NCBI GenBank assembly: GCA_963841545.1
Contig: CAWJDE010000008.1
Coordinates: 59,957 to 123,956 of the forward strand
Direction: 5' to 3'
DNA from: an uncultured Chloroflexia bacterium
GTDB lineage: Bacteria > Chloroflexota > Limnocylindria > Limnocylindrales > CSP1-4
DNA length: 64,000 nt
Part shown: in pieces, positions 42,341 to 51,409 of the stretch
How positions within the stretch are numbered: position 1 is the stretch's first letter
Layout: every line of letters begins with the position of its first letter
Position numbers and translations under genes: made by a program
Notes under the pieces: model-generated
What the model was told of the DNA's origin: nothing
Seen by the model: only the letters and a program-made list of their open reading frames with translations
Database searches by the model: none

Positions 42341-43426
42341 CTAGTAGCTCCAGACCTGGACCCGATCGTTCGCGGAGTCGGTCACGTAGATCCGCCCGCG
42401 GCCGTCGACGGCCAGGCCGTTGGGAAACTCGAACTGTCCGTTGCCGACGCCCTGCTCGCCGAACGAGCCGAGGAAGTCGATGTGGTCGGCGCCGGGCTCC
42501 AGGGTCGCGTAGACGAACACGGCCTGGCCGCTGGAGTCGGCGACGTACACCTGGTTGCGCCCGTCGACCACGATCCCGCGCGGGAGGCCGAGGTCGCCCT
42601 CGCCCACGCCGCGGCCGATCTGGGCGGCGATGTTGCCGTCGCCGTCGAACACGAGCAGCCGGCCGTTGTTGCCGTCGGTCACGTACACGTTGCCCGCGGC
42701 GTCGACGGCAACGCCGTTGGGGAACGACAGGCCGGCGTCGGCACCGATCGTCCGCACCAGCGCACCCGACGGGTCGAACTCGAGCACCTTCTGGGGGTTG
42801 GCCCCGACGTCGGTGACGAACAGGTCGCCCGTCGCGTCGAACGCGATGCCGAGCGGCTGCCAGCCCGGGACGCCGTCGGGGCTGAACTGGCGCAGGTAGC
42901 TGCCGTCGGCGTCGTACACGTAGATCGATCCGGTCGGCCGGTCGGTCACGAAGACCTCGGACGTCACCGGGTTGAAGGCGACGTAGACGGGCACGTGGTC
43001 GGTGCCGGTCGAGACCGGCGGCTGCATCTGGCCCAGCTCGTTGCCGGAGCCGTCCATCACGCGTGCGATCTTGTCGCCCTCGGTCTGGCCGACCCACAGC
43101 CGGTCGCCGGCACCGTTGACGGCGACGCCCATCGGGCGGTCGACGCCGTAGGCCGCCGTGACGTAGCCCGGCATCACGACCCGGCCCGGGACGGTGGGCA
43201 GGGGGATCGGCTGGCGGAACAGGAGGTACCAGATCGCGAGCGCGAACAGACCGAGCAGCGCCCCGAACAGCAGCAGGAGCAGGAGCACCTTGCGCCGGCG
43301 ACGATCGGGCGGCTGCTCCTCTTCGGTTCCCGTCGGGGGGACGGAGACGTCGGGCGGAAGCTCGTCCGCCTGGGGCCCGGGCTGCGTGCCGGGGATGGGC
43401 TGGGCAACGGCGGGGGACGCGCTCAT
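42341..43426 (-). CDS. Membrane-anchored NHL-repeat beta-propeller protein
   Basis: N-terminal TM; six repeats such as FPNGVAVD.AGNVYVTD..N.R. Confidence 0.9.
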   Translation of the reverse strand: MSASPAVAQPIPGTQPGPQADELPPDVSVPPTGTEEEQPPDRRRRKVLLLLLLFGALLGLFALAIWYLLFRQPIPLPTVPGRVVMPGYVTAAYGVDRPMGVAVNGAGDRLWVGQTEGDKIARVMDGSGNELGQMQPPVSTGTDHVPVYVAFNPVTSEVFVTDRPTGSIYVYDADGSYLRQFSPDGVPGWQPLGIAFDATGDLFVTDVGANPQKVLEFDPSGALVRTIGADAGLSFPNGVAVDAAGNVYVTDGNNGRLLVFDGDGNIAAQIGRGVGEGDLGLPRGIVVDGRNQVYVADSSGQAVFVYATLEPGADHIDFLGSFGEQGVGNGQFEFPNGLAVDGRGRIYVTDSANDRVQVWSY

Positions 43427-44406
43427 CAGTTGCTCCCTTCGGTCGGCACGGACGGAGCGGCGGACGATGCGGGTGCGCCGGTCCGGCTCAGGCCGAGCTT
43501 CGCGGACGTGCTGTCGGGATCGAGGGCGACGGCCTTCGCGTACCAGCTGCCGGCGGTCGCCGGGTCGCCGCGCGTCTCCGCCACCAGCCCGAGCCCGATG
43601 TCCACCTGGACCATCGCCGCGGTGTCGGTGGACTGGATCGCCTGCAGCCGGGCGTCGGCGCCGTCGACATCGCCGTCGGCGAGATCGCCCATCGCCGACG
43701 CCCATTCGGCGAGCGCCGGCTTGCCGGCCGCCGTGTAGGCCTCGGCCAGCGTGCGGTAGGGCTCGGCCCAGCCGATCGGGACGAACTCGACGGCGCGGCT
43801 CAGGGCCTCGATCGCCTTGTCGGTGTCACCGGTCTTGACGAACGCGGCGCCGATCAGGTTCATCGCATCGGCGTCGGTGCGGTTGATGCCCAGGGCCTTG
43901 GTCAGGTTGTCGATCGCATCCTGGGGCCGGTCCTGCTGGAGGGCGATCGAGCCCAGCCCGTAGTACGCGGCCTCGAGCGCGGGGTCGACGTTCGCCATCT
44001 CCGTGTCCACGAGCAGCCCGACGACCTTCTCGTAGTCGGCCTTGGCCGCGTCGAGCTGGCCGCTGAGCAGGTACGCCCGCCCGCGGCTCGCGTACCCCTC
44101 CTTGTCGGCCTTGCCGGTCCCGATGATCTCGGTGTACTGGGCGATCGCGTCGTCGTAGCGCTGGGCGGCCAGGTAGACGTCGGCCAGCCGGCCACGCGAG
44201 GCAACGTCGGACGGGTCGCTTCGGACGGCGTCCTCGAGGGCCGCCAGCTCGCGATCGACGATGGGGGCGGCCGGCGCGCGGAAGCGGTCGACGGCGTAGA
44301 ACGCGACGAATGCGATGACGCCCACCAGCAGCAGCAGCGCGACCCGCCGGATCCAGCGGTTGAGCTGTGCTTCGGGCATCTCGGCCAGGGACGTGACCCG
44401 GAACAT
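43426..44406 (-). CDS. Membrane-anchored TPR protein
   Basis: N-terminal TM followed by multiple TPR-like helix pairs; start approximate. Confidence 0.85.
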   Translation of the reverse strand: MFRVTSLAEMPEAQLNRWIRRVALLLLVGVIAFVAFYAVDRFRAPAAPIVDRELAALEDAVRSDPSDVASRGRLADVYLAAQRYDDAIAQYTEIIGTGKADKEGYASRGRAYLLSGQLDAAKADYEKVVGLLVDTEMANVDPALEAAYYGLGSIALQQDRPQDAIDNLTKALGINRTDADAMNLIGAAFVKTGDTDKAIEALSRAVEFVPIGWAEPYRTLAEAYTAAGKPALAEWASAMGDLADGDVDGADARLQAIQSTDTAAMVQVDIGLGLVAETRGDPATAGSWYAKAVALDPDSTSAKLGLSRTGAPASSAAPSVPTEGSN

Positions 44407-44510
44407 GGATGGCACCTTCACTCCACGGTCGGCGGAATTGGACGAACCGACCTGTGGCAATGCTCACGCGCGCGTAGGGGTGGTGCCCATCCGTCGGGGG
44501 ATAGAGTTGC

Positions 44511-44550
44511 GATACAGGCGCGGTGCGCGCGAGCGCCGGGCGCCTGTATC
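44511..44550. promoter_or_regulatory. 11-bp perfect inverted repeat (hairpin or operator)
   Basis: GATACAGGCGC...GCGCCTGTATC between the Rieske and TPR genes. Confidence 0.45.
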
Positions 44551-44642
44551 GACCGGCCCAGCCGTGCGGGCGACAGGCTCGCGCCGGGCAAGGCTCGCGC
44601 GCCACGTCCGACGTCCGCCGCGAGGCCGCGCGTCGGCTCGGT

Positions 44643-45134
44643 CTAGGGCACCGACTCCCGCGGCGTGGCGAAGTTGGACGGGACGTCCACCTCGATCCCG
44701 TTGCCCACCAGCCGCAGCGGCAGGCGGTCGAGCGCCCGGGGAGGAGGGCCGTGCAGCACGGATCCGTCGAGCGCGAAGGCGCCGTCGTGGCAGTGGCACG
44801 TGAACTGACCGTCGGCCGCGGACCACGAGTAGGCGCACAGCGCGTGGGTGCAGCGCGGATCGAAGGCCACGATGTCACCGTTGTCCTGGCGGACGAGCCA
44901 CGTCGATCCCGCGACCGTGGTGCTCCCCTCGGTCAGCGTGAACGGGACCTCGGTCGGGATCCCGACCTCGAGCGTGGTCGGGTCGACGTCGAGCCGGACG
45001 GGGATCGGCGGGCCCGCGCACCCCTGGAGGAGCGCCCCGAGGCCGCCACCCGCGGCCAGCGCGCCGGCACCCATCAGGATCAGCACGCGGCGGCGAGGCA
45101 CGGGCGCGGCGAGCGGGTCGGAGCGATCGGCCAT
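44643..45134 (-). CDS. Rieske [2Fe-2S] protein, Tat lipoprotein-like
   Basis: PRRRVL...LLQGC; CTHALC, CHCHDG, GPPP. Confidence 0.88.
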   Translation of the reverse strand: MADRSDPLAAPVPRRRVLILMGAGALAAGGGLGALLQGCAGPPIPVRLDVDPTTLEVGIPTEVPFTLTEGSTTVAGSTWLVRQDNGDIVAFDPRCTHALCAYSWSAADGQFTCHCHDGAFALDGSVLHGPPPRALDRLPLRLVGNGIEVDVPSNFATPRESVP

Positions 45135-45147
45135 GGTGGGCCGAAGC

Positions 45148-45648
45148 CTAGCCCGGAATGACCACCGGCTGCAGGCGCTCCACGTCCGGACGGCCATCCT
45201 CGTTCGTGCGGGCGCCGACCGCGGCGCGGATCGCCGCCAGGAACTCGTCGGGCCGGGACGAGAGCGTCTCGCGTCGAAGCGTCCAGGCGCTGGACGTCGT
45301 GATGTCCACGTCGAGCACGAGCGCGCAGCGTGATCGCCGGACGATATCGGCGGCATCGATGGCGCCGCCCTCCTCGACCACGATCACGGCCGGCTCGCGG
45401 GCGAGCGCGGCCGCCACGGCCTCCGGCTGGGTGATGTCGACGGCGTCCACGACCACGCCCGGCTCGTCCGCGAGCATGCGGCCCAGCCCCTCGCCCAGCA
45501 GGGCGTGGCTGTACAGCACCAGGATCTGTGCCGGCTGCGATGACACCAGGAAGGCTCCCACCCCACGACGCACGACGGGCGGCATCGGGGCGCCCGTGCG
45601 GCCGATGCTAGGGGCCGGGGGCGGTGCGTCCAATCCGTCGCCCGGCAC
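45148..45648 (-). CDS. Hypothetical protein, degenerate receiver-like domain
   Basis: ILVLYSHALLGEGLGRML...PAVIVVE...EFLAAIR resembles a REC fold; start uncertain. Confidence 0.6.
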   Translation of the reverse strand: MPGDGLDAPPPAPSIGRTGAPMPPVVRRGVGAFLVSSQPAQILVLYSHALLGEGLGRMLADEPGVVVDAVDITQPEAVAAALAREPAVIVVEEGGAIDAADIVRRSRCALVLDVDITTSSAWTLRRETLSSRPDEFLAAIRAAVGARTNEDGRPDVERLQPVVIPG

Positions 45649-45692
45649 AGCCGGCGACCTCGTCGCTGTATCCGACGGGATAGCCGCGAAGG

Positions 45693-46385
45693 TCAGTCGG
45701 TCGCTGCCTCGGGCGCCCTCAGGCCCTTTCGCACGGCGTAGGCGGCGGCCTGGACGCGGTTCGTCAGGTGGAGCTTCTCGAGCGAGTTGTGGACGTGGTT
45801 CTTCACGGTGCCCTCGGTGATCGACAGCTCGTTCGCGATCTCCTTGTTGGACAGCCCGTTCGCCACCAGCTCGAGGATCTCCGATTCGCGCCGGGTCAGG
45901 GTGTTGTCCTCGGCGGGCATCGCGCCCGGACCACGTCCCGGAAACCCGCCGGTTCGGAGCGCATTCAGGAGCTTGGACGCGACGGCCGGCGAGATCGGTG
46001 CCTCGCCACGCATCACCCCCCGAAGGTCCTCGAACAGCTGCTCCGGCCGGACGTTCTTGAGGAGATACCCGTTCGCGCCGGCCTTGATCGACTCGAACAG
46101 GTCATCGTCGTCCTCGGACACGGTGAGCATCACGATCGGCGTCGCGAAGCCGGCGGCACGAATGGCCGATACGCCGTCCACCCCCGTCGCGCCCGGCATG
46201 TTGACGTCCATCACGACCAGGTCCGGCTGGAGGGCGCGCACCTTGTCCAGCGCGTCACGCCCGTTCTCCCCCTCACCCACGACGACCATGTCGAACTGGT
46301 TGCCGATCAGCGTCGCCAGCGCCCTGCGGAACAGTGGCTGGTCATCGACGAGCAGCACCCGGAGCTTGGGTGGAAGGTGTCCCAC
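45693..46385 (-). CDS. NarL/LuxR family response regulator
   Basis: VLLVDD, DLVVMDVNMP, GANGYLLK, LTRRE...GLSNKEIA...TVKNH. Confidence 0.93.
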   Translation of the reverse strand: MGHLPPKLRVLLVDDQPLFRRALATLIGNQFDMVVVGEGENGRDALDKVRALQPDLVVMDVNMPGATGVDGVSAIRAAGFATPIVMLTVSEDDDDLFESIKAGANGYLLKNVRPEQLFEDLRGVMRGEAPISPAVASKLLNALRTGGFPGRGPGAMPAEDNTLTRRESEILELVANGLSNKEIANELSITEGTVKNHVHNSLEKLHLTNRVQAAAYAVRKGLRAPEAATD

Positions 46386-48153
46386 GCGTCTCCTCAGCCT
46401 CGAGCCGGACGACGATCTTCGTCCCGTCTCCCGGGGCAGTATGCACGGAGATCGTGCCACCGACCTGTTCCACCCGCTCGCGCATCGAGGCGAGCCCGAA
46501 GCCACCCTCCATCGACCCCGCGACGGTCGCCGGGTCGAAGCCGACGCCGTTGTCCTCGATCGTGAGCGTGGTCACCGGACCGTCGCACTCGATCCGCACG
46601 GACGCGCGGGTGGCGCGCGAGTGCTTGCGGGTGTTGGTGAGCGCTTCCTGGACCACCCGCAGCAGCTGGACCTCCGCGCGCGGCGTCAGCCCGCGGCGCG
46701 TGTCGCCGTCGCACGTGAACGCGGCGGCGATCCCGGTCTGGCGGCTGTACTTGCGCAGGTACTCGCGCAGCGAGCCCTCCAGCCCGCCGTCCTCGCGGAC
46801 GGTCTCCCGGAGGCCGAGGATCGCCTCGCGCACGTCCTGGTACGCCTCGTCCGCCGTCTCGGCGAGCTTCGAGAGCTCGCCCGCCATCGTGTGGCTCGCC
46901 TCGTCCACGGCGCGGGACTCGAGCGCCCGGAGCTGGAGGTGGATGACGCCCAGGACCTGGGCGAGGCTGTCGTGGAGCTCGCGCGCGATCCGGTCGCGCT
47001 CGGCATGGATCGTCCACTGCTCCTCGGCCTCGTGCAGCCGGGCCGTCCGCACGGCGATCGCGGCCATGTCGGCGAGGGCGCCCAGGAGGTGGCGCTCGGC
47101 GGGGCTGAACGGGTGCCCCGAGCGCACGACGCACAGCTCGCCCAGGACGCCGTCGGGGCCGCGCAGCGGCCGCGATGCCCAGCTCGCGGTCTCGTGGCCG
47201 GTCACCAGCGGGCACGTGGGGTTCGGGGCGTGGTGGGCACCCCTGGCAGCATGGGCCACGTGGCACACGCTGCCGTCGTCGGCCATCGCCAGCCGGTCGC
47301 GCACCGCCGATGCCTTGCCCTCGGCCTCCCTCGGATCGGACAGGCAGGCGACCGCCCGCTCCGCGCCCAGCAGGTCCCGTGCATGCCCCGTGATCGTGTC
47401 CAGCACGTCGCCCAGGTCGCCGCGACCGGTGAGCTGCAGCGCGACCTCGTACAGCGCCTCCCGCTCCCGCTCCCGGCGGTGCAGGTCGGCGAGCGTCCGG
47501 CCGAGCTGGGCGGCACCCGCGATCTCGCCCGCGATGTCGACGAACGCGGCGTCCGAGATGTCGGGCTCGACCGGCGGGTGGAAGACGAGGCGCACGTGGC
47601 CGAGCCGCTCGAGGCCGCGGATGAGGGCGAGATCGAGGATGCCGGTGTCGACCCCCATCCGGCGGCTGTAGCGCGGCGCGTCGAGCGCGGGGTCGGCGGG
47701 CTCGGCGAGGATCGGGCCCAGCCAGCCGAGGCCCGGCGCCAGCACGGCCGGCCGCCGGATGGTGAGCGGTGCTCCGTCGGCGGTCGAGATCGAGACCACG
47801 CCGGCGAGGGCGCCGGTCTGGGTGATCACGCGATCGAGCGCCTGCTCCAGCAGGTCGGGCAGCGACAGGCCCCCGCGGACCGCCGAGCTCACCGCGTGGG
47901 TGACGGTCAGGTCCTTGTTCTGGGCGACGAGCTGCTTCTGCGTCCGGTCGAGGTAGACCGAGACCACCGTGGCAAACGCCACGATCGCCGCACCCATGAT
48001 CATCGCCGAGGCGACGTGCCCTTCGTCGCCGGTGAGGCGCGGATCGAGCACCAGGAAGCGGACCAGCTCGAACACCCAGACGAAGACGACGGGCAGCACC
48101 ATCGTCGCCCACTTGAGCCGGTTGAGATCACGGACTTGCTGGGGACCGCTCAT
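46342..48153 (-). CDS. NarX-type (HisKA_3) sensor kinase with GAF domains
   Basis: Two N-terminal TMs; ERDRIARELHDSLAQ, QEALTNTRKH, DNGVGF, GFGLASMRER. Confidence 0.92.
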   Translation of the reverse strand: MSGPQQVRDLNRLKWATMVLPVVFVWVFELVRFLVLDPRLTGDEGHVASAMIMGAAIVAFATVVSVYLDRTQKQLVAQNKDLTVTHAVSSAVRGGLSLPDLLEQALDRVITQTGALAGVVSISTADGAPLTIRRPAVLAPGLGWLGPILAEPADPALDAPRYSRRMGVDTGILDLALIRGLERLGHVRLVFHPPVEPDISDAAFVDIAGEIAGAAQLGRTLADLHRREREREALYEVALQLTGRGDLGDVLDTITGHARDLLGAERAVACLSDPREAEGKASAVRDRLAMADDGSVCHVAHAARGAHHAPNPTCPLVTGHETASWASRPLRGPDGVLGELCVVRSGHPFSPAERHLLGALADMAAIAVRTARLHEAEEQWTIHAERDRIARELHDSLAQVLGVIHLQLRALESRAVDEASHTMAGELSKLAETADEAYQDVREAILGLRETVREDGGLEGSLREYLRKYSRQTGIAAAFTCDGDTRRGLTPRAEVQLLRVVQEALTNTRKHSRATRASVRIECDGPVTTLTIEDNGVGFDPATVAGSMEGGFGLASMRERVEQVGGTISVHTAPGDGTKIVVRLEAEETRGTPSTQAPGAARR

Positions 48154-48314
48154 GCCTACGACTGTGCCGTTCGATACATGCGCGCGCGAAGGGCCGATCG
48201 GCCCGTGCAGCGGGGGACCGACCGGCCTGCATCCGGGCCTCGTTCCATGCGGAGCGTCCAGCGACCGAGCCGTCAAGCGCGCGATCGCACGATCGACGCT
48301 CGGGGCGGGGACGC

Positions 48315-49385
48315 TCAGCCCGAGGCGGCGTGGGACCCGGCGGCCTCCGGACCGGGCCGCTGGGAGCCCTTCGGGCGGAGCTGGACGAACTCGAACCCGA
48401 ACCGACCCTTGACGCACAGGTGGCCGTGGGTGACCGAGGACTCCGAGGGCGAGGTCACCTTCACGATCTCGTCGTCCTGCGTGTGGAGCGTCAGCGTGCA
48501 GCCGACGCCGCAGTAGGGGCAGATCGTGTCGGTGGTCTGCTGCGTCTCGGGCCGCCACCCGCCGGATGCCCGCAGCTCGTGCTCGGAGCGGAACATGAGG
48601 GCGCCGGTGGGGCATACGCCGATGCAGTTGCCGCAGAACACGCAGGCCGATTCGGGCAACGGGGTGTCGAACTCGGTCGAGATCCGGGCGTCGAAGCCCC
48701 GGCCGGCGACCGCGATCGCGAACGTGTTCTGGGCGTCCTCGCCACACGCCTCGACGCACTTGTAGCAGAGGATGCAGCGCGCGTAGTCACGGACGTAGAG
48801 GTCGTTGTCGACCTTGACCGGCTGGGCCACCGTCTCGGCTGCGGCGCCCGGATCAGCGGCCGGCTCGCGGTGCTCGCCCGGCGTCCGGGCATCCCGCTCG
48901 CCGGCGGCGGCCCCGCGGGCGGCGGGCCCGAACCGGGCGGGGGTGGCGCCATACTGCGCCGCGTACCTCGCCAGGTCACCGTCGGGCACCGTCGGTCCGG
49001 CCAGCGACAGGTCCACCGACGACCCCAGCAGCTCGAGCACGAGCCGCCGCGAGTGCCGCACGCGCTCGCTGTCGGTCCGGACCTCCATGCCCGCCTCGAC
49101 CCGCCGCGAGCAGGCGGGCGCCAGGGCACGCGACCCGGCCACCTCGACCACGCACACGCGACAGACGTTGACCGGGGTCAGGCCCTCGAGGTAGCAAAGG
49201 GTCGGCGTGTCGATCCCCGCCGAGCGCGCCGCCTCGAGGATCGTGGACCCGGCGGGAACGGTGACGGCGGCGCCGTCGATGCTCAGGGTGACCGGCTCCA
49301 CCACCGGCGCCGGTGGGGCGCTGGGCGGGCGGCTCGGTCGCGCCGGCGGCTCGGTGAGGATCCGGCCGATGTCGGGAGCGGTCAT
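48315..49385 (-). CDS. Formate dehydrogenase Fe-S subunit (NuoG/FdsA N-terminal module)
   Basis: 2Fe-2S PTLC...CRVCVV...C; CILCYKC..AC; CVFCGNC..VCP; TICPYCGVGC...LCVKGRFG. Confidence 0.9.
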   Translation of the reverse strand: MTAPDIGRILTEPPARPSRPPSAPPAPVVEPVTLSIDGAAVTVPAGSTILEAARSAGIDTPTLCYLEGLTPVNVCRVCVVEVAGSRALAPACSRRVEAGMEVRTDSERVRHSRRLVLELLGSSVDLSLAGPTVPDGDLARYAAQYGATPARFGPAARGAAAGERDARTPGEHREPAADPGAAAETVAQPVKVDNDLYVRDYARCILCYKCVEACGEDAQNTFAIAVAGRGFDARISTEFDTPLPESACVFCGNCIGVCPTGALMFRSEHELRASGGWRPETQQTTDTICPYCGVGCTLTLHTQDDEIVKVTSPSESSVTHGHLCVKGRFGFEFVQLRPKGSQRPGPEAAGSHAASG

Positions 49386-51352
49386 GCGCCGGCTCCGGCG
49401 ACGGCCGGCGGCAGCGACCCGTCGGGCTCGTCGTACCGCACCAGGCCGGTCGCGAGCGCGCTCTCGATGGCCGTCGACGCCGTCTGGCCCAGACCGCAGA
49501 TCGACGCATCGCGCATCGCCCGCGCGAGGTCGGCGAGCAGCGCGAGCTCGCTCCCGACCGATCCCAGGGGGCGACCGGCGGCCAGGCGGGCGAGCAGCTC
49601 CTCCTGGCGGACGGTGCCGACCCGACACGGGACGCACTGGCCGCACGACTCGTCGCGGAAGAAGCCCGCGATCCGGCGGAGCGCGTCGCGCAGGTCGGCG
49701 GTCTCGTCGAACACCATGACCACACCCGAGCCCAGCGACGCACCGGCGGCGCGCGTCCCCTCGAACGTCAGCGGCAGGTCCAGCCCGTCGGGTGCCACGA
49801 ACGTGCCTGCGGCCCCGCCCAGCAGGACGGCCTGCAGCGCCCGGCCGTCCGCGACGCCGCCGGCGCGCTCGATCAGGTCCCGGAGCGTGGCGCCGAACGC
49901 CAGCTCGTAGACGCCCGGCCGCACGACGTGGCCGGAGACGCAGAACAGCTTGGGCCCGGTCGACCCCTCGGTCCCGATCGCCGCGTACGCGGCGCCGCCC
50001 AGCCGGAGGATGAGCGGGACGTTGGCCAGGGTCTCGACGTTGTTGATGGCCGTCGGCTTGCCGAACAGCCCGGCCTCGACCGGGAACGGCGGCTTGTTGC
50101 GTGGCTCGGGGCGCCCGCCCTCGATCGACTCGAACAGCGCCGTCTCCTCGCCGGCGATGTAGGCCCCGGCCCCGATCCGAAGCTCGAGGTCGAACGACCA
50201 GCCGCTGCCGTCGACGTCGCCGCCCAGCAGGCCCGCCGCGCGCGCCTGCGTGATCGCGCCCGCCAGGCGCTCCCGCGCGACGGGGTACTCGCCGCGCAGG
50301 TACAGGTAGCCGCGTTCGGCACCCACCGCGAACCCCGCGATGGTCATCGCCTCGACCAGCGCGAACGGGTCCTCCTCGAGGATCGCACGGTCCTTGAACG
50401 TGCCGGGCTCCGACTCGTCCGCGTTGCACACGAGGTAACGGGTTGACGCCGGCTGCGCCGCGACCGCCGCCCATTTGCGACCGGTCGGGAACGCAGCGCC
50501 GCCGCGGCCGACCAGCCTGGCCGCCGTGACCTCCGCGATGACCGCCGCCGGCCCGATCTCGATCGCGCGCCCGAGCGCCGCATAGCCGCCCGATGCGCGG
50601 TATGCGGCGAGCGAGGTGGGGTCCACCCGTCCGACCCTGGCCAGCAGCCGGAGCTCGTCGGAGCCCGCCTGCGGCACCAGGCTGCGGACCCATTCGATGG
50701 GGTCCGGCCCGCCCGCGGACAGCTCCGCCCGGATGGCCTCGGGCTCGGACGCTGCCAGCTCCACCGCCCAGTCGAGCGTCTCGACCAGGCCACCGCCGTC
50801 GGTGACCTCGCCGACGACCAGGGCGCCCGGCGCCTCGCCGGCAATCGTCACCAGGCAGGCCGTGGGCCGCTCGCACTGGCCGAGGCACGGAGTCCGCAGC
50901 CACGTCGCCGTCCCGTCCCGGATCGGTGTCCCGGCCGGACCGACCAGCCGCTCGAGGTCGGCGCAGACCCGCTCTGCGCCGGCCAGGCGGCAGGCGAGGT
51001 CGTCGCACACGTGGGCGACCACCGGTGGCCGCTCGGTCAGCGGCACCAGCGCGTAGAACGAAGCCACGCCGTGGGCGTCGGCGGGCGGGACCGAGAGCCG
51101 CCGGCACGCATGGTTGAGGGCACCCCGGCTCAGCCAGCCGGATCTGGCGACGGCCGCCTCGAACGCCGGCAGCAGCAGGTCACGCCGGGAGCGCGCCCGG
51201 TGTCCGCCATGCGCCACGTGGCCGTCGCGCCCGGGGTCACGGCGCCCCCCGTCCCAGCCGGCCAGGGCCGGACCGGTCAACGGGTCCAGGACGGCGTCGA
51301 TCGCGGCCCGCTCCTCGGGCGTCGCGGCGGGACCGACCACGTGGAGGTCCAT
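49382..51352 (-). CDS. NuoE-NuoF fusion, NADH/FMN-binding subunit
   Basis: VCDDLAC, CLGQC; GRGGAAFPTG.KW, NADESEPGTFKDR, GEETAL, ESCGQCVPCR..C. Confidence 0.92.
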   Translation of the reverse strand: MDLHVVGPAATPEERAAIDAVLDPLTGPALAGWDGGRRDPGRDGHVAHGGHRARSRRDLLLPAFEAAVARSGWLSRGALNHACRRLSVPPADAHGVASFYALVPLTERPPVVAHVCDDLACRLAGAERVCADLERLVGPAGTPIRDGTATWLRTPCLGQCERPTACLVTIAGEAPGALVVGEVTDGGGLVETLDWAVELAASEPEAIRAELSAGGPDPIEWVRSLVPQAGSDELRLLARVGRVDPTSLAAYRASGGYAALGRAIEIGPAAVIAEVTAARLVGRGGAAFPTGRKWAAVAAQPASTRYLVCNADESEPGTFKDRAILEEDPFALVEAMTIAGFAVGAERGYLYLRGEYPVARERLAGAITQARAAGLLGGDVDGSGWSFDLELRIGAGAYIAGEETALFESIEGGRPEPRNKPPFPVEAGLFGKPTAINNVETLANVPLILRLGGAAYAAIGTEGSTGPKLFCVSGHVVRPGVYELAFGATLRDLIERAGGVADGRALQAVLLGGAAGTFVAPDGLDLPLTFEGTRAAGASLGSGVVMVFDETADLRDALRRIAGFFRDESCGQCVPCRVGTVRQEELLARLAAGRPLGSVGSELALLADLARAMRDASICGLGQTASTAIESALATGLVRYDEPDGSLPPAVAGAGA

Positions 51353-51409
51353 GGCACCCGAGTGTAGGCGCTTGGCGCGACAAGGTGCAGATCGCGCCGG
51401 GCGAGCGGG

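Noticed and set aside
26220-48153. MtrAB-type porin-cytochrome conduit, or a mobile genomic island
   Set aside because: No beta-barrel ORF, integrase, transposase, att repeats or obvious composition shift seen
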